Source of the DNA: Fibrobacteria bacterium
GTDB taxonomy: Bacteria; Fibrobacterota; Fibrobacteria; UBA11236
Direction: 5' to 3'
Assembly: GCA_041746255.1 (NCBI GenBank)
Contig: JBGTHM010000005.1
Location: 79,025 to 143,024, forward strand
DNA: 64,000 bases
Shown here: positions 49,702 to 59,975 of the stretch, piece by piece
Layout: the number at the start of each line of letters is the position of its first letter
How positions within the stretch are numbered: position 1 is the stretch's first letter
Notes under the pieces: generated by a model
The model's input: the letters and a program-made list of their open reading frames with translations, nothing else
Told to the model about the DNA's origin: nothing
Databases searched by the model: none
Made by a program: the position numbers and the translations under genes

Positions 49702-51854
49702 GCGAATACTCCTTCCTGCGTTTGCAGGCGGGGCGCCACGGAGAGCTTGCTCACTTTCAGGAGAAGCCTTAAGATAAAAAAGAGGTATAAGGCAAGCAGG
49801 GGAAGCCATAGCATCCATGCCAGCGGGCCCAGCACGAAATCAGGGTACTCCATGATGTGACTCGTCATTCCATAGAGTTGCGAGACGAGAAAACAGGTGA
49901 TAAACAGACAAAGAAAGCGGGCCCGGCCCTTTCCGGCGTAAACCTCTCCGGCCCCGGGAAAAACCGCGTTCAATCCATGGTGCAGCAACACTTCCGCAAC
50001 TTGCCCCCGGGATTTAAGATGTGAAGTAAGTTCAATGCGTAACTTGGCATCGCTTACTCCCGAGACGGTTTTGAAGCAGTCTACGCAATGCAAACCTTTG
50101 CGACACTGCCGGCACATCGTGCGGCCACAAATCTTGCATCCGAAAAGGGTACGGCCTTGCACATGCACCGAGTAATTGTGATAGCGGATAAACAAAAAGA
50201 GAAGGGATAGTCCCAAGCCCCCGTAATACAGCCATGGCGGGTAGGACGCGAGCCCGCTGCGTACCGGAGCCGGCAGAATTTCCAGGCGCTTCAATCCGAC
50301 ATAGGCGTCGCTCCAGAACATGCCGGGCCTGGGCATTACGTCCATGGTACGCCTCTGCACGGGAAGCCGGCTGAAAAGCCTGTCATTATCCTGGAGAAAA
50401 GCAGTCACCCGCAAGGCGTCAACCATACCTGCCCGGTCCAGTAGTTTCTTATGTTCCGAAGAATTGTTGGCGAATAATTCCATCTGACTCATGTTGAACC
50501 AGGTTTCCACATAACCCGCACCGGCCTGGGTGGCTGAAGAGTAGAATTCCCGTGCTGAGACGAATTCATCTTCCATCAGAGCCAGGTTCCCTTTCTGCAA
50601 GGTTACCAAAGGTTCTTCGGGAGCCAATCGTTCCGCGGCCGAAGCCCAAGCGCGCGCCCGCGAGATATCGCCTTGTTTCTTGTAATAAAGGGAACGGCCC
50701 ATGAAGAGGTAAAGACTGTCCCTTCCCATCCGAGGGGTAAAATCGGCCAACCGCGTTTCTAAATTCTTTTCACTGCCTCGGTTGAACGCGATCTGATAGA
50801 GGCGCATACCGGATTCGGAGTCAAGATGGCGGTATAACGCATGCTCGCCCGCAAGCCAGAGGGGAAGCAGCAAAAGAGCCGCCAGCACGACCTTCAAGAT
50901 CGATTTCTCCGAGAAACCGCAATGCTTCCAGAGTAAAATCACCCCCGCAAGGCTCAGCACCACGAATCCCAAGCCTATTATCCAAAGGCAGCCCACCAAT
51001 ATACCGATCACGGCATATCGGAGAGGCAGTTCCACCTGCCGGGGCAACCTTTCCGCCCAATGATGGGTGATATTGGGGTAGTACCGGATGAAAAGCAACA
51101 ATAGGCATAAAAAAAGGAAAAGGGAAAAGGCGGATCGCATCCATTGGGCTCCGTTGAGAAGCACAAAGAATTGATTGTCATAATAGGACCATAGGCCGAC
51201 GATGTCCTGAATATGGTTCCAGGCCAGACCCATATCCCAATTCCAGGGAGCGTCCCCACCCAACAACAGGGTCAGCGAAAGATAAGGAACCCAGGGGGTC
51301 ATGGGGTCCAAATCCGCCGCGAAAGCCAGACCCGCTTCAGCCTCCCCGAGCCGATCCGCCCGTATATCGTCGCGAACACGGGCCAGGACAACCTTCGCAA
51401 GTTCCGGTACGCGGGTATATCCCCGAATCGCGAGTTCCGCCAGCGTCCTTTTCCGGAAGGGGTCCGCTAAATCCGCGGATACGGTCCCGGAGAGGATGCG
51501 CGCCATTTCAAAACTTTCCGCCCAACCTAACGAGGCGAAGCCGGCCAAAGCCCGGAGGGCAGTGCGACCTTGTCCGGGATCCCATTTTTCAACGGCTAAG
51601 GCATCGGCGAATAACTGCCAGTGCGAGGGATGGGATGCGGAGACGCTACGCAAATTTTCGCGCAGAAGAGGGATTCTGTCATAATCCAACTCCCCCCGGA
51701 ACAGCGCGGAGACGTCCTTGTGATGCATCTGAAAAGCCCATCGGGATTCCAAGGCCTGATGCCAAGCCGGGATAAGTTCTCCTTCCGCATAAGCGTGCGA
51801 AGTCGGAAATACCGATAAAGCGAAAAGGCAAAGATGGATTAGGCGCATGCGCAT
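49698..51854 (-). CDS. Multi-pass TPR membrane protein with Cys-rich zinc-binding motif
   Basis: Signal peptide, TM clusters, TPR stretch, CKICGRTMCRQC...HCVDC, FPGAG. Confidence 0.75.
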   Translation of the reverse strand: MRMRLIHLCLFALSVFPTSHAYAEGELIPAWHQALESRWAFQMHHKDVSALFRGELDYDRIPLLRENLRSVSASHPSHWQLFADALAVEKWDPGQGRTALRALAGFASLGWAESFEMARILSGTVSADLADPFRKRTLAELAIRGYTRVPELAKVVLARVRDDIRADRLGEAEAGLAFAADLDPMTPWVPYLSLTLLLGGDAPWNWDMGLAWNHIQDIVGLWSYYDNQFFVLLNGAQWMRSAFSLFLFLCLLLLFIRYYPNITHHWAERLPRQVELPLRYAVIGILVGCLWIIGLGFVVLSLAGVILLWKHCGFSEKSILKVVLAALLLLPLWLAGEHALYRHLDSESGMRLYQIAFNRGSEKNLETRLADFTPRMGRDSLYLFMGRSLYYKKQGDISRARAWASAAERLAPEEPLVTLQKGNLALMEDEFVSAREFYSSATQAGAGYVETWFNMSQMELFANNSSEHKKLLDRAGMVDALRVTAFLQDNDRLFSRLPVQRRTMDVMPRPGMFWSDAYVGLKRLEILPAPVRSGLASYPPWLYYGGLGLSLLFLFIRYHNYSVHVQGRTLFGCKICGRTMCRQCRKGLHCVDCFKTVSGVSDAKLRIELTSHLKSRGQVAEVLLHHGLNAVFPGAGEVYAGKGRARFLCLFITCFLVSQLYGMTSHIMEYPDFVLGPLAWMLWLPLLALYLFFILRLLLKVSKLSVAPRLQTQEGVFA

Positions 51855-51882
51855 ATCAATTTCTTTAGGGAAAAAGGCCGCC

Positions 51883-53259
51883 TCAGGGTTTGAGACCGTA
51901 TTTCTCTATTTTCCTATAAAGAGTGGAAATATCCAACCCTAGAATTTTGGCGGCGGTAGGCTTATGCCATTGGTTCTGACTGAGTATCCAGTGGATATAG
52001 GCCTTTTCGATTTCCTGGATATCGGGTGGAGCGCCTGCGAAGGCTATCTCTTCCCCAACGGTTTTACTCCCCCCTCCGGAAACCAGCGCCCTTGCGTCGG
52101 ATGCCACGGCTCGCGGCGCATCCATCTCGATGGCTTCAATATAACCTCCGGGGCTGTAGGCGATAGCCCGCTCCACGGTGTTCTCCAATTGGCGCACATT
52201 GCCGGGCCAATGATACGCAGCGATAGAGGCAAGGACCTCGGGGGAGAAGGATTTTAACCCTCGCGTCTTTTTTTCCAGGAAGTAGTTGGCCAGGAACACC
52301 GAGTCCTCCCCCCTTTCGGCCAAGGAGGGCATGTGAACCCGTAAAACATTCAGGCGGTAATAAAGATCTTCGCGGAAACGTCCCGCGCTTACCGCCGACT
52401 CCAAATCCACATTGGTAGCCGCCAATACCCGTACGTCGATACGAAAGGATTGGGTGCCCCCTACCGGAGTAACTTCTCTTTCTTGCAGAACCCGCAAAAG
52501 CTTGACCTGGGTATGCTGGGGCATTTCCCCTATCTCGTCCAGAAACAAGGTGCCTTTGTCGGCCACGGTAAAAAGGCCTTCTTTCTCAGCATGCGCCGAT
52601 GTGAAAGCGCCTTTCACATGTCCGAAAAGTTCCGATTCCAATAGATTCTCGGATAAGGCCCCGCAATTAACCACCACGAAAGGCTTGTCAACCCGATCCG
52701 ATTTCTGGTGGATAAGCTTGGCCACCAACTCTTTTCCCGTGCCGCTTTCCCCGGTAATCAGAACCGTGCTGTCGGAAGCGGCCAAAGTATCCGTTATCCC
52801 GCGCAACTTGATCATTTCCTCGGAATTGCCGATGAGCTCGATGGTCTTCCGGCCTTTCAGCGCTTTTTTCAGCTCGAGGTTTTCCGCTCGCAAAGTACGA
52901 TTCGAAACCGCTTTTTCTACCACCTTGGCCAAAAGAACCATGTCGAAGGGTTTGGAAAGAAAATCGTACGCCCCCAACTTGATAGCCTCGACAGCTCGTT
53001 CAATAGTCCCGAAAGCCGTCATCACCACCACCGGCAGGTCGGGAAACCGGGCTGCTAAAATCCGCACCAGGTCCAGTCCCGAATCTTGTCCCAGCGATAA
53101 ATCGACTAAGGCCAAATGGGGTTCGAAGCCGTCCAGCAGGCGCTTGGCATCCTCGAGGTTGTGCGCGGTTGACACTTCGAAGCCTTTCCGTTGGAAGAAC
53201 ACTTCCAACAGGCTGCAGAGCGAAACTTCGTCATCTACGATGAGCACTTTGGGCATCAT
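51883..53259 (-). CDS. Sigma-54 dependent response regulator (NtrC family)
   Basis: REC; GESGTGKE; ESELFGH.KGAFT; FREDLYYRLNV; WPGNVRQL; HTH. Confidence 0.96.
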   Translation of the reverse strand: MMPKVLIVDDEVSLCSLLEVFFQRKGFEVSTAHNLEDAKRLLDGFEPHLALVDLSLGQDSGLDLVRILAARFPDLPVVVMTAFGTIERAVEAIKLGAYDFLSKPFDMVLLAKVVEKAVSNRTLRAENLELKKALKGRKTIELIGNSEEMIKLRGITDTLAASDSTVLITGESGTGKELVAKLIHQKSDRVDKPFVVVNCGALSENLLESELFGHVKGAFTSAHAEKEGLFTVADKGTLFLDEIGEMPQHTQVKLLRVLQEREVTPVGGTQSFRIDVRVLAATNVDLESAVSAGRFREDLYYRLNVLRVHMPSLAERGEDSVFLANYFLEKKTRGLKSFSPEVLASIAAYHWPGNVRQLENTVERAIAYSPGGYIEAIEMDAPRAVASDARALVSGGGSKTVGEEIAFAGAPPDIQEIEKAYIHWILSQNQWHKPTAAKILGLDISTLYRKIEKYGLKP

Positions 53260-53349
53260 GCCGATTAATTCCAATCCTGCGGCCACCCCACCTGGTGGCC
53301 ATTGGGAATCGCATGTCATTTTATGATAAGGGGATAGCGGAAATGAAGC

Positions 53350-53377
53350 AAAAAAAACGACCCCGTAGGAGTCGTTT
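53350..53377 (-). terminator. Intrinsic terminator of rpsT
   Basis: Minus strand reads AAACGACTCC-TACG-GGGTCG followed by a T-run; C(UACG)G tetraloop. Confidence 0.85.
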
Positions 53378-53416
53378 CAATTCATGAGGCAAAAGCGGAG
53401 CGCCGAAGCGCGGAAA

Positions 53417-53680
53417 TCAGGCGCTCTTGGTCGACAAAGCGAGATGGGCTTTACGCTTGTAATTAGCGGCCGAGTTCTTGGTCATGCCGGCCCGATTACG
53501 GGCAGCGGCACGGTCCAGAAGGGAAAACAACCGAGGCATTTCAGCGGCGGCCACTTCCTTGGTTTCGGCGGTACGGATTTTCTTGAGGCTGGTACGAATG
53601 GACGTACGGGCCGCCTTGTTCTTGACGCGGGCTTTTTCCGCGGTTTTGAGTCGTTTTTCAGCGGACTTATGATTGGGCAA
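53417..53680 (-). CDS. rpsT: 30S ribosomal protein S20
   Basis: MPNHKSAEKR...KN.AA..K; GGAGG RBS, TTG start. Confidence 0.96.
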   Translation of the reverse strand: MPNHKSAEKRLKTAEKARVKNKAARTSIRTSLKKIRTAETKEVAAAEMPRLFSLLDRAAARNRAGMTKNSAANYKRKAHLALSTKSA

Positions 53681-53749
53681 GATACCCTCCGGATACTGGT
53701 TTAGCGGGGATAAAGATACTCAATTGCGGCATTTTTTCAACCCAAGGCC

Positions 53750-54397
53750 TTACCATAGGAAGTAACTCGGCACCGAGAATAATTGCAAAAAAGGCGTTAG
53801 GAGGGGGCGCCAAAAACCAAACCACAGTGTCAAAGGACCGGGTCCCGGCAACCATTCCAGGGCAACCAGCAGCAAAATCGGCAATAAACCCCAGCGCTCC
53901 AGGGTCGTTTCATAGCGATGGGCGGCTTTTTCCGAAAGGAAAATCCCTATGATTTTACCCCCGTCCAAGGGGTGGATAGGCAACAAATTGAATACCGCCA
54001 GGGCAAAATTGATTTGTACGAAAAAGAGCAGGAAGAGGTAAGTGCCCCGAGATCCGGAATATTGCCCATACATCCAAAACAGCAAGCACCCTAAAATGCC
54101 CAGCAGAATGTTCGAAAGCGGCCCCGCAAAGGCAACCAGCGACATGGAAGTCCGGGGGTTGCGCAGATTAAAGGGGTTTACGGGTACCGGCTTGGCCCAT
54201 CCCAACGGCATACCGGTCAAAATGAAAAGGGTTCCGAGGGGATCGAGATGAACCAGGGGATTGAGGGAAAGCCTGCCGGCGCGTTCGGCCGTGTCGTCTC
54301 CCAACCTGAAGGCGACCCAGGCATGCGCCAGTTCATGGAAAGAGAGAGCGAGCACCAGCACAAAAAAGCGCATAATCAGCTCATTGAAATCCATCAT
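53750..54397 (-). CDS. Site-2 (M50) intramembrane metalloprotease
   Basis: HELAH, GWAKPVP, AGPLSN, FNLLPIHPLDG. Confidence 0.94.
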   Translation of the reverse strand: MMDFNELIMRFFVLVLALSFHELAHAWVAFRLGDDTAERAGRLSLNPLVHLDPLGTLFILTGMPLGWAKPVPVNPFNLRNPRTSMSLVAFAGPLSNILLGILGCLLFWMYGQYSGSRGTYLFLLFFVQINFALAVFNLLPIHPLDGGKIIGIFLSEKAAHRYETTLERWGLLPILLLVALEWLPGPGPLTLWFGFWRPLLTPFLQLFSVPSYFLW

Positions 54398-54495
54398 GGT
54401 AAACAATTATCCAAAAATCGAGGTACTTAGAGGATTTCCGGCCCCCCGCTTGGTGATGTCTCTATCGTCGTGCATGTTATTGAGGATTAAAACTA

Positions 54496-55845
54496 TTAAG
54501 TAGAAGTCCTTTCCGCTTCGAATTGGCGGAAAAATTCCAAGCCCGGGTAATGGCGGCGTAAGAGCGGAATAACGTCTCCCAGCAGGTAAAAGGAACCGCA
54601 AATAACCACCAGGGCTTCGGGGCCGGAGGTTTTTTCCGCTGACTGCAAAACAGCCAACAACGACTCTTCGCTCAGCGATATGGACTCCGGACCAGGCATC
54701 CCCAAAGAAAGGGTCGCCGCTTGTAATTCGGCGAAAGGCAACGCCCTGGCATGGCCCGGCAACGTTACATACACCATACGTCCGGCCAAACGGCTCAACC
54801 GTGTCAGAACCGTGCGATAATCCTTGTCGCGCATAATGGCAAAGAGGAAGGTGATAGCGCGCTGGGGGTAGCTTTTCTCCACATGCGCAGCCAATCTCTC
54901 AATGGCCTCGGGATTGTGCGCGCCATCCAGCAATACCGTCGGCATACCCGGAGCCTCCAGCAATTGCAACCGGCCCGGCAGTTTCGCGGCCGCCAGCGTC
55001 GGCATCCATTCCTCCTCGGGAGGCAGAGCTTTTCCGGTCAAGACTTCCAATGCCAGCAAAGCGGCATGCACGTTATCGTAATGGTATTTCTCCGAGCGCA
55101 AACCAGCGGGCAACTCATAGGTGCGATACCGGCCCCGAAACCCACCGCTTCCCTGCCGCTCAAAATCCTTCCAGGCGATTACTTCGCTTCCCAGGGATTG
55201 TGCACGTTCCTCGGCGATTTTGCACAGTTGCGGATCCGTCTCCATGTGGATAAGAGCGGCCCCCGGCTTGGCGATTCCCAATTTCTCCGTGAAGATTTCG
55301 GCAACCGTTCCGCCCAGGTATTCGGTATGATCGAGCGATACGGGGGTGATGAGACTGATTCGGGGGTGTACCACGTTGGTGGCGTCGAGACGGCCTCCCA
55401 ATCCGGTTTCCAGCACCACCATCCCGCAATCGCATTCACGAAAATAGGTGAGGGCCATGGCTGTTACGCATTCAAAATAGGTGGCGTTCAAGCGGAGAAT
55501 GGGCTCAACGGCGCGCTGCATAAAAGCGACTATCCACTGCTGGGAAACGGTTTCGCCGTCCACTTGGATACGTTCGCGAAAGCTGACCAAATGGGGGGAT
55601 GTATAGAGCCCCACCCGCCGGTATCCCAAGGCGCCGCATAGGGCGGCCAAATTGGCGCACACGCTGCCTTTTCCGTTGGTTCCCGCCACATGGAGGTATT
55701 GGCCGGCTTGATGGGGGTTTCCCAATTCGGCCAGCAGGTTTTCAATATTGTGCAGGCCGAGCTTCATGGCGAATTGATTGCGCGCAAAGAGAAATGCCAG
55801 ACAATCCGAATAGGTGTCGAGTCGGGGAAGAATGGCGGCCGTCAT
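54496..55845 (-). CDS. folC: Folylpolyglutamate synthase/dihydrofolate synthase
   Basis: VAGTNGKGS, YTSPHL, ETGLGGRLDATN, DGAHNP, GSFYL. Confidence 0.96.
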   Translation of the reverse strand: MTAAILPRLDTYSDCLAFLFARNQFAMKLGLHNIENLLAELGNPHQAGQYLHVAGTNGKGSVCANLAALCGALGYRRVGLYTSPHLVSFRERIQVDGETVSQQWIVAFMQRAVEPILRLNATYFECVTAMALTYFRECDCGMVVLETGLGGRLDATNVVHPRISLITPVSLDHTEYLGGTVAEIFTEKLGIAKPGAALIHMETDPQLCKIAEERAQSLGSEVIAWKDFERQGSGGFRGRYRTYELPAGLRSEKYHYDNVHAALLALEVLTGKALPPEEEWMPTLAAAKLPGRLQLLEAPGMPTVLLDGAHNPEAIERLAAHVEKSYPQRAITFLFAIMRDKDYRTVLTRLSRLAGRMVYVTLPGHARALPFAELQAATLSLGMPGPESISLSEESLLAVLQSAEKTSGPEALVVICGSFYLLGDVIPLLRRHYPGLEFFRQFEAERTST

Positions 55846-55878
55846 GAGGAAGCCTGGATGGATTGAAAGTGAATTCTC

Positions 55879-56760
55879 TTAGGCGCCTTCCACAGCTGCT
55901 GCGGTAGGAACCGGAGCGGACGCGGAGGTGAAATGGGCCAGTAAAGTCGACAGTCGGGTTTTCAACTGGGCCCGCGGAACGATGAGATCCACGAATCCTT
56001 TCTCGAGCAAGAACTCCGCGCGTTGAAAACCTTCGGGCAGGTTCTGGCGGATGGTTTCGCGAATCACCCTTTCACCGGCGAAACCAATCAGGGCATTGGG
56101 TTCGGCCAAATTGACGTCGCCCAACATGGCGAAACTGGCGGTTACGCCGCCGGTGGTGGGATTGGTCATCAGGGAAAAATAGGGAATGCCGGCTTCGGAA
56201 AGCAGGGCGATATAGGCGGAGGTTTTGGCCATTTGCATCAGGGACAGCGAACCCTCCTGCATGCGTGCTCCGCCCGAAGCGGAGACGATGATGGCGGGGA
56301 TTTTCTGTTCGAGCGCCCGCTTGAAGACCCGGGCGATTTTCTCGCCTTCCACCGAGCCCATGGACCCGCCGATAAAGCGAAAATCCATCACCCCAATGGA
56401 AACCTTCCGACCGTCGATGGACCCTAATCCGGAAACGACCGCGGAGGTCAGTCCCGTCTTCTTTTCCGCTTCGATCAGACTGTCCTTATATTTTTTTTTG
56501 GCGGAAAACTTGAGCGGATCAGACGAGCGAAGGCCGGTATCCATGGCCTCGAAGCTGCCTTCGTCAAGCAGGAGGCCGAGATACACTTCCGCGCCTACCC
56601 TGAAGTGGTATTGACAACCCTGGCAAACATAAAGATTCAGCGCCAGTTCTTTTCGGAACAGCACTTCCTTACACCGTTCGCATTTGACCCATACGTCGAC
56701 CGGGGTATCCCGCTTGATGAAAGTGCCTATGCCCGATTTGGCTTTACGAAACCATTCCAT
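55879..56760 (-). CDS. accD: Acetyl-CoA carboxylase carboxyltransferase beta subunit
   Basis: WVKC..C zinc finger, GGSMG, GGARMQEG, PTTGGV.ASFA. Confidence 0.98.
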   Translation of the reverse strand: MEWFRKAKSGIGTFIKRDTPVDVWVKCERCKEVLFRKELALNLYVCQGCQYHFRVGAEVYLGLLLDEGSFEAMDTGLRSSDPLKFSAKKKYKDSLIEAEKKTGLTSAVVSGLGSIDGRKVSIGVMDFRFIGGSMGSVEGEKIARVFKRALEQKIPAIIVSASGGARMQEGSLSLMQMAKTSAYIALLSEAGIPYFSLMTNPTTGGVTASFAMLGDVNLAEPNALIGFAGERVIRETIRQNLPEGFQRAEFLLEKGFVDLIVPRAQLKTRLSTLLAHFTSASAPVPTAAAVEGA

Positions 56761-56980
56761 TGAACTGACCTTAAAAGAGATTGAAAGGTAGCCATGTCCA
56801 TGGTTCCATCCAAGAATTGGGGAGGAAAACGCCGGGTCCGGCCTAATGCGGTCTATTTACAAAGAAATTTGGTTTTTTGGGGATTATCCGTGCGGGGAAA
56901 ACCGATTTTTTCAGGAAAAGCCCTAGCGCTTCAACCCCTTCACGCAAGTTTAGTCCAGCGAAGCCTCTTCCCGGAACAGG

Positions 56981-57559
56981 TCAAGCCGAATCGGGTTTCA
57001 TTGCAGTTTTATCCGCAGGCGAGACGACTTTCCAATAGATATAATCCAGCCAGGCTCGTTGGGGCTGCCGGAAGCAAAGCTTGTTCACCAGATTTCGGGG
57101 TGCAGCTTTGGTGAGCCGGGGTACAAAGGGTTGATGGGTCATGAAAATCTCCCCTTGTTTCCACCGCTTATTGCCTTTCCTGTTGTTACAGGCCATGCAG
57201 GCCGTTACCAGATTTTTCCATTCGGTGGTTCCGCCCTTGGAGCGGGGTATGACATGATCGATGGTGAATGCGGAAAGGCTTATCGACTGGCCGCAATAGA
57301 CGCAACGCCCGTTGTCACGCGCATGGAGGTTCCGTCTGGTAAGCGGCAGGCTGGAGATGAAATTCTTGGGAAAGGTTTTGTAATCGAGACATTGTACCAC
57401 GGCGGGAATATGCATGGAAAAACGCGGGGAATGGATGATTTTATCCTCGTATTCGGCCAGCACGACCGCCCTACCCAAAGCCCATAGGGTAACGGCCTTT
57501 TTCCAGGACACGATGTCCATGGGGATACCGGACATATTAAGAGCCAACGATTCAACCAT
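56981..57559 (-). CDS. HNH endonuclease (McrA-like, stand-alone)
   Basis: RD...CVYCG, TIDHVIPRSKGG..EW.NLVTAC..CN..KG. Confidence 0.92.
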   Translation of the reverse strand: MVESLALNMSGIPMDIVSWKKAVTLWALGRAVVLAEYEDKIIHSPRFSMHIPAVVQCLDYKTFPKNFISSLPLTRRNLHARDNGRCVYCGQSISLSAFTIDHVIPRSKGGTTEWKNLVTACMACNNRKGNKRWKQGEIFMTHQPFVPRLTKAAPRNLVNKLCFRQPQRAWLDYIYWKVVSPADKTAMKPDSA

Positions 57560-57712
57560 AGGGTCACCTCGTGCCGCCGGAGTAAGCCTCGCGAGCCTCT
57601 GCGGCCGGACTGGTCTTATTTTACCAAATATCGGGTCGAATCTACAAATGACGGCCGGGTGGGGCCGGATCCCACGCCGGTTCCATTATCGGCATTGCTA
57701 ACTTTGAGAAAG

Positions 57713-58201
57713 ATGCGACGTCTTCGTGCCGGTAAAGCCAAAAATTTCCAAAAAGCCTTAATCGCCATCGAACTCCTCTGCGTCACCGCATTGCTATACC
57801 TTTATTTTTCTCCCTGGGTTTCATCCATGGGTGAAAAAATCCCTGCCCCGGGTCTAGCCGAACGTCTGGAAGGATTGCATCGTCTGGCTGGATTTTTCTC
57901 GGTACGCTCCCAAATTTCCGTCGCTTATGAGTTGGCTCAGAAGGTTTATTTTATCCCTTTGCTTTCGGCCTTGGCCGGAGTCTTTTCATTTGTAGGAGTG
58001 TATTCGGTTTGGGGCTCTCGGCTGGCGGGAATCGCCGGAATTGCGGCTGGGGGAGTTACACTCTATGCCGTGGATTATGTCGGTGATTTCATAGCCGGAA
58101 AGTGGTTCCATCATCTGGAATATGGGGCCACCTACAGCCAGTATCCCGCCATCATTCTGATTGTGGCGGGAGGATTTAGACTTATCGCGTCTCGAAGATA
58201 A
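57713..58201 (+). CDS. Hypothetical membrane protein
   Basis: About four hydrophobic helices. Confidence 0.6.
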   Translation: MRRLRAGKAKNFQKALIAIELLCVTALLYLYFSPWVSSMGEKIPAPGLAERLEGLHRLAGFFSVRSQISVAYELAQKVYFIPLLSALAGVFSFVGVYSVWGSRLAGIAGIAAGGVTLYAVDYVGDFIAGKWFHHLEYGATYSQYPAIILIVAGGFRLIASRR

Positions 58202-58214
58202 GCGGGGCTGGGCT

Positions 58215-59828
58215 CTAGAAGCGCCCGTCCCAGAATTGCGAGATTTGCTCGGAATCACCCACGACTTTCACTCCGTATTTTCCCCAGGGTAAGTGCAAAC
58301 GCGGCACCGTAATCGTATTCAGTCCCTTCCGCCCCGAAAATCTTTCCAGGTAGAGTACTTCTCCGTTCAAACCCACTATCTGAAAAGTGGCGGCTTGTTC
58401 ACTCGCCAGGAAAAACCGCGATACCGTTGTCATGGAATGGCGCTCAAAGGAAACGGCCCGTCTTTTTGACCCGAACCTCGCAAGCGCTACTGTATTTCCC
58501 ACGGATACGGGAATCTTACCGGCAACCTCGGTTTTGGGAATCAAGGAATGCAACGCGATTTCACCGGCGTCAGGCGTTCCTTGCCCGGGAGTATATTCCA
58601 GCTTAATGGTTGTGGATTTTCCGGGAATGACCAGAATAGGAAGGGTGACACCAGAAACAGCAATTCCTTTGGGAGTAACGATCTTCTCAAGGTATACGGC
58701 CTGATTGCCGGAGGCGATTCCCAGGGTCAAAGCAAACATCTGCTTTTCGGATTTGCGGCTTGCATCAATTATAATTTCCGCCTCTTCCCACTTTAATTTC
58801 CCGGGTAGGATGGGAGTGCCTTTCGGAGCAGTTACCTCGCCCGGAAAAAACGCCACCTGCGAAGCCAGTTTCGCACCACCGCGAGTCGGCGAGCCTGCGG
58901 CGACATAAAGCCCCCCGTTGGAAACAATTCCCTGGCTTCCATGGCGAGAAGAAGTCATCGGTTGCAGGGTACGCCACTTGTGGGTATCGATATTAAGCGC
59001 CTCATTTTCCGAGTGCGTCCCGGTGGTGCTCATGGACTCGCCCCCGGCCACTATGATTTCCTTGGCCAATAAGCCCACCACCGCCGCGGCGCGTGGTGTG
59101 GGAAGATTATCGGCGGCGGGAAGCGTCGTCCATTTTTTCGTGGAGATATCGTAAACGTCGACTTCAGGAATGGTATTGGCGAATACGCTACCCTTGTCCT
59201 GACTGCTGCGGCGGCCGGCCAATGCATAGATTTTATTACCTGCAAGCACCGCATGAAAATGGTCCCGGGCCCTGGGCGCATCCGTCAAAACCGTCCAGGT
59301 ATTGGTGGTCGGATCCCAACTATCGAACCAAGGCTTCCATCCGGATTGGTGTCCACGGTTATTTCCCGCTACGATATAGATTCGGTCATCATGCACGACG
59401 ACGCCCGTCGATCCGCGTTGACGGTCTTTAGGAACCTCCGGCCCCTTAACCCACTTATCCTGAAGGGGATCATACAGATAAACATTCGGGAGGGGAGGCT
59501 CAGCCGGGTAATTCCCGGTTAGTGCGCAAACGGCGAGTATCAATCCGTGGTATTCCGTTGCCTGGAAGTGGTGGATTTTGGTCGGCGCCGCCGCCTTTAC
59601 CGACCACTTGCCGGTTTTATAATCGAATTGATTGATATTATCTGTTTCGCGACCTCCCATCAAAAAGAAATGCTCTCCCGCCTGGACATAGGAGCATTCG
59701 TGCCGGGCAATGGGATCATTGTCATGAGATATGTTTTTCCAGGTACCCTGTGCGGCGACTAAGGACAATAGGCAGGGAATTGATGTGATTATTTTTACGG
59801 GGGTAAAAACCTGCGGCACTTGATGCAT
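58215..59828 (-). CDS. Secreted Kelch-repeat protein with Ig-like region and T9SS-like CTD
   Basis: GG..YD...W Kelch repeats; C-terminal IVGLNG...GKYGV. Confidence 0.85.
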   Translation of the reverse strand: MHQVPQVFTPVKIITSIPCLLSLVAAQGTWKNISHDNDPIARHECSYVQAGEHFFLMGGRETDNINQFDYKTGKWSVKAAAPTKIHHFQATEYHGLILAVCALTGNYPAEPPLPNVYLYDPLQDKWVKGPEVPKDRQRGSTGVVVHDDRIYIVAGNNRGHQSGWKPWFDSWDPTTNTWTVLTDAPRARDHFHAVLAGNKIYALAGRRSSQDKGSVFANTIPEVDVYDISTKKWTTLPAADNLPTPRAAAVVGLLAKEIIVAGGESMSTTGTHSENEALNIDTHKWRTLQPMTSSRHGSQGIVSNGGLYVAAGSPTRGGAKLASQVAFFPGEVTAPKGTPILPGKLKWEEAEIIIDASRKSEKQMFALTLGIASGNQAVYLEKIVTPKGIAVSGVTLPILVIPGKSTTIKLEYTPGQGTPDAGEIALHSLIPKTEVAGKIPVSVGNTVALARFGSKRRAVSFERHSMTTVSRFFLASEQAATFQIVGLNGEVLYLERFSGRKGLNTITVPRLHLPWGKYGVKVVGDSEQISQFWDGRF

Positions 59829-59941
59829 TACTACGCTCTCTGGTTACGAAAAATACTTCCTGGAAATATAAGGAATATCCCTGGATGCGGAGACGGAAAT
59901 ATTTTTCTAAAAAACCGCTTTTTTAGCTATCGATAGGCGAA

Positions 59942-59965
59942 ACGGGGCCGCTAAAAGCGGGCCGT
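59942..59965 (-). terminator. Putative terminator hairpin after the lyase genes
   Basis: Imperfect GC stem ACGGCCCGCT-TTT-AGCGGCCCCGT followed by TT. Confidence 0.4.
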
Positions 59966-59975
59966 GCCACTCGGG

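Noticed and set aside
56981..57559. HNH nuclease as an IscB/homing/mobile element
   Set aside because: No RuvC motifs, host intron, terminal repeats or large flanking RNA; it matches the common stand-alone HNH type.
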